DNA from: Lingula anatina
Taxonomy: Eukaryota; Animalia; Brachiopoda
Assembly: GCA_051362555.1 (NCBI GenBank)
Contig: CM120642.1
Span: forward strand, 21,886,001 to 21,950,000
Direction of reading: 5' to 3'
Length of the DNA stretch: 64,000 bases
Position numbers and translations under genes: made by a program
Shown here: positions 61,961 to 64,000 of the stretch, one piece after another
Position numbering within the stretch: the stretch's first letter is position 1
Layout: each line of letters begins with the position of its first letter
Notes under the pieces: model-generated
Databases searched by the model: none
What the model saw: the letters and a program-made list of their open reading frames with translations, nothing else
Told to the model about the DNA's origin: nothing

Positions 61961-62880
61961 GTTTCCTTCCCCCCCCCCCCCCCCACCCACCCACCACCAC
62001 CACCACCACCACCAATCACATCTATTAATTTCGGTGAGTGTAAAGCGTTGAGATCGGTCCAGGTTCATAAGTAATAACCGGTATTGTCGTCGATATGCGG
62101 CATAGTTTAAACTTTATTCTTTAATGCCAGACCGGTGGCTGTGTCAACATATTGGTACAGATAAATAGTGTAAGCGCGGCCAATTGTTTCAAATTCTAGG
62201 AGGGGGTTGACCTTGACAAATCAATGGGAATTAGAGCTTCTAGCATTAATGGGGTGGGGGATTTCTGTTTACCCGACTGTTTGTTTACATCGACTCTCCT
62301 CAAGAAGGAGTCCGAGTCTGCGCAGATGCGTTTCCGGTGCATTTCCAATATTTTCAGACGACACGAAAATGCTGCATGTTGATTATCATGGTAAGTAGCA
62401 TACGTGTTTATTATTTGCGAAAGATTTTCACAAGTCTATTGCTCTGCTTATTTGCGTGATTGTGCGATTGTGTGTGAGTTCGTGGTCGAATTTCTGTCCG
62501 GTGATAGAGGCCGCTATATAAGAGATTTTCGCCTCAAAATTTTCCGTTTTTAGATCTACAGAGGTAATTGCTAGAATGAACTGATTTTCTTCAGTACAAG
62601 TACAGTATATATTACAAAGATTGTTTGAAATATGTTTATATGTCACAATTTCAGGTTTGATTGACGGGAACAAAGTCGGCATATACACTGATATGATCGA
62701 CAAAGAGCTGACCGCATCACTAGCTGCTAGCATGGTACATGTATAAATGAAACGCCAAGGTAGGGAAACTGTGTTTGTACTGCTACTGTTCATGACTTTT
62801 CATATATTACACAATCATAATTGTTCCATGTTGTTTTTCCCCATCTTCCCATAGCTGTTGGTATCCTATTAGACTTGCAC

Positions 62881-63100
62881 TTTTATTATGTACATACATG
62901 GTGTTTACTTTTGCCATCATCTTGTTGCTGTTGTCATCACGATGCACTTTCAGAGATGACATGATAAGTGGAAAACCATTTGACCCATTGTCTTCAAATT
63001 TACAGGACTGATGAATATTAGGAAAATATAGATCCAGTTCAAAAAACGGTTTGATTGGACCAGTTTTAAATTAAGTTTAATTTTTTCAGTTTGTATAATA
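62881..63100 (+). mobile_element. Old diverged HINE fragment, opposite orientation
   Basis: TTATGTACA...GCCATCA...GCACTTTC...GATAAGTGGAAAACCATTTGAC...CTGATGAATATT matches the reverse complement of the HINE end and core. Confidence 0.6.
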
Positions 63101-63556
63101 CTACATGTATATGTAATTTAGATGACACATTAAGGGTATTGTAAGCCTTTAGTGTCATCCAGACACCAAAAAGGAGTTTTTTCCTGCATCTAATTACTCA
63201 ACTATTTGTATCTTTTGTGTGTAAATCTCTTCTAGTAGATGTACATAATCATGGTAGATAACATTATTTAACATTTTGTTGGATCAGTGGGAGCATTAAA
63301 GTGGAATTACCTGGCTAACGAAGTAAAACCGTGGAAGTGATTTGCTTTTTGGTTTTACTTTGTTGTATTTTTGATATGCTGTATGGTATGTGATGGTAAA
63401 CTAGAATCAATGTTAATTCTCCAAAGGATTGGCAGGCCCATAGCCGGGGGGGGGGGGGGGGGGGTCAAAAGAACCACCCGTTTTGTCAGGAAGAGGTCCA
63501 TTTTGGAAAAAATTTTACCTAGGTACACATAAGTTTCATTGAAGTTTCATAAGTTT

Positions 63557-64000
63557 CATTGAATGAAGTGCCTAGAGTTTGAACTTCAAAATAATTATGT
63601 TTTATTTAAGATTGAAGAAACTAAAGCAAACAAGACCAGGTGTAGATGCAATAACTGTACGATTTATATTGTAGGTAGGAGATTGTATGTTGACATTTTG
63701 TAATGAATATTTAAAAAGAACAAAATCATTAAATGATGCAAATGGTCAGGATAAATTTTTATAGGTAGCAGAATGCCCTTTTTGTCAGTTTCAAGAGACA
63801 CAATAGCCAGACAGATTAGAACATTGGTGTACCAATTCACTAGTGGGCTAGATTTGGTCTTAAAGTGCAATTCAAGTTCACAAGTGATCTTACACTATCT
63901 TAATCATTATAGCAGTAGTCTTAAAATGGACTGAATCTGCTTTTAAGGTAAAAAATGATCTGACATCTATTTAAGTGGTCAAGCAGTTTCATCCCCTCAC
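63557..64000. repeat. Inverted copy of 42277-42707 (MITE plus adjacent flank), continuing past the window end
   Basis: CTCTAGGCACTTCATTCAATG, GCATTCTGCTACCTATAAAAATTTATCCTGACC and GTGAGGGGATGAAACTGCTTGACC all recur as reverse complements. Confidence 0.92.

Larger units (their letters stand above)
43330..62794. mobile_element. ~19.5-kb non-coding foldback structure: two ~7.4-kb inverted arms around a 4.7-kb polypyrimidine core
   Basis: 43330-44272 is the reverse complement of ~62013-62794 (compare ORFs 43385+ and 62428-). Homology ends sharply at CATG on both sides. Inner arms are inverted arrays of the same 310-bp unit. No transposase seen, so mobility is inferred. Confidence 0.8.

Noticed and set aside
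43330-62794. Polinton/Maverick (AGTAGC near the ends, ~1-kb terminal repeats, ~20 kb)
   Set aside because: No 6-bp direct TSD at the AG...CT positions (flanks ATGAAC/GTTCAT are inverted), and no pPolB, integrase or capsid ORFs.

Overview
Repeat-rich, AT-rich eukaryotic DNA, most likely from a marine invertebrate (inference from the repeat families). No intact protein-coding gene is visible. (1) 1-14.8 kb is an A/C-rich complex satellite with a ~48-bp base period and a 3,145-bp higher-order duplication. It is interrupted by a 5'-truncated Rex1/Babar-type LINE, a TA-flanked MITE and a palindromic element. (2) 18.1-43.3 kb (minus strand) is a spliced, unprocessed pseudogene of UDP-glucose:glycoprotein glucosyltransferase (UGGT). 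Twelve exons are recognisable and end in RDEL*. It carries stops, frameshifts and a broken acceptor, and has lost almost all of the catalytic GT24 exons. Its introns hold nested Helentron-type HINEs, a TTAA-flanked Kolobok-like element, MITEs and minisatellites, two of which amplify the splice sites of one exon. (3) The most unusual feature is at 43.3-62.8 kb: a ~19.5-kb non-coding foldback structure. Each arm has ~1 kb of unique terminal sequence, a G/C tract and a ~6.5-kb tandem array of ~310-bp units. Each full unit carries a tRNA-like Pol III cassette (A box, B box, T-run), about 39 in total, all pointing outward. The arms enclose a 4.7-kb polypyrimidine satellite, and the two arrays have homogenised to different sequence variants. 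Family assignments come from remembered motifs, not database searches.
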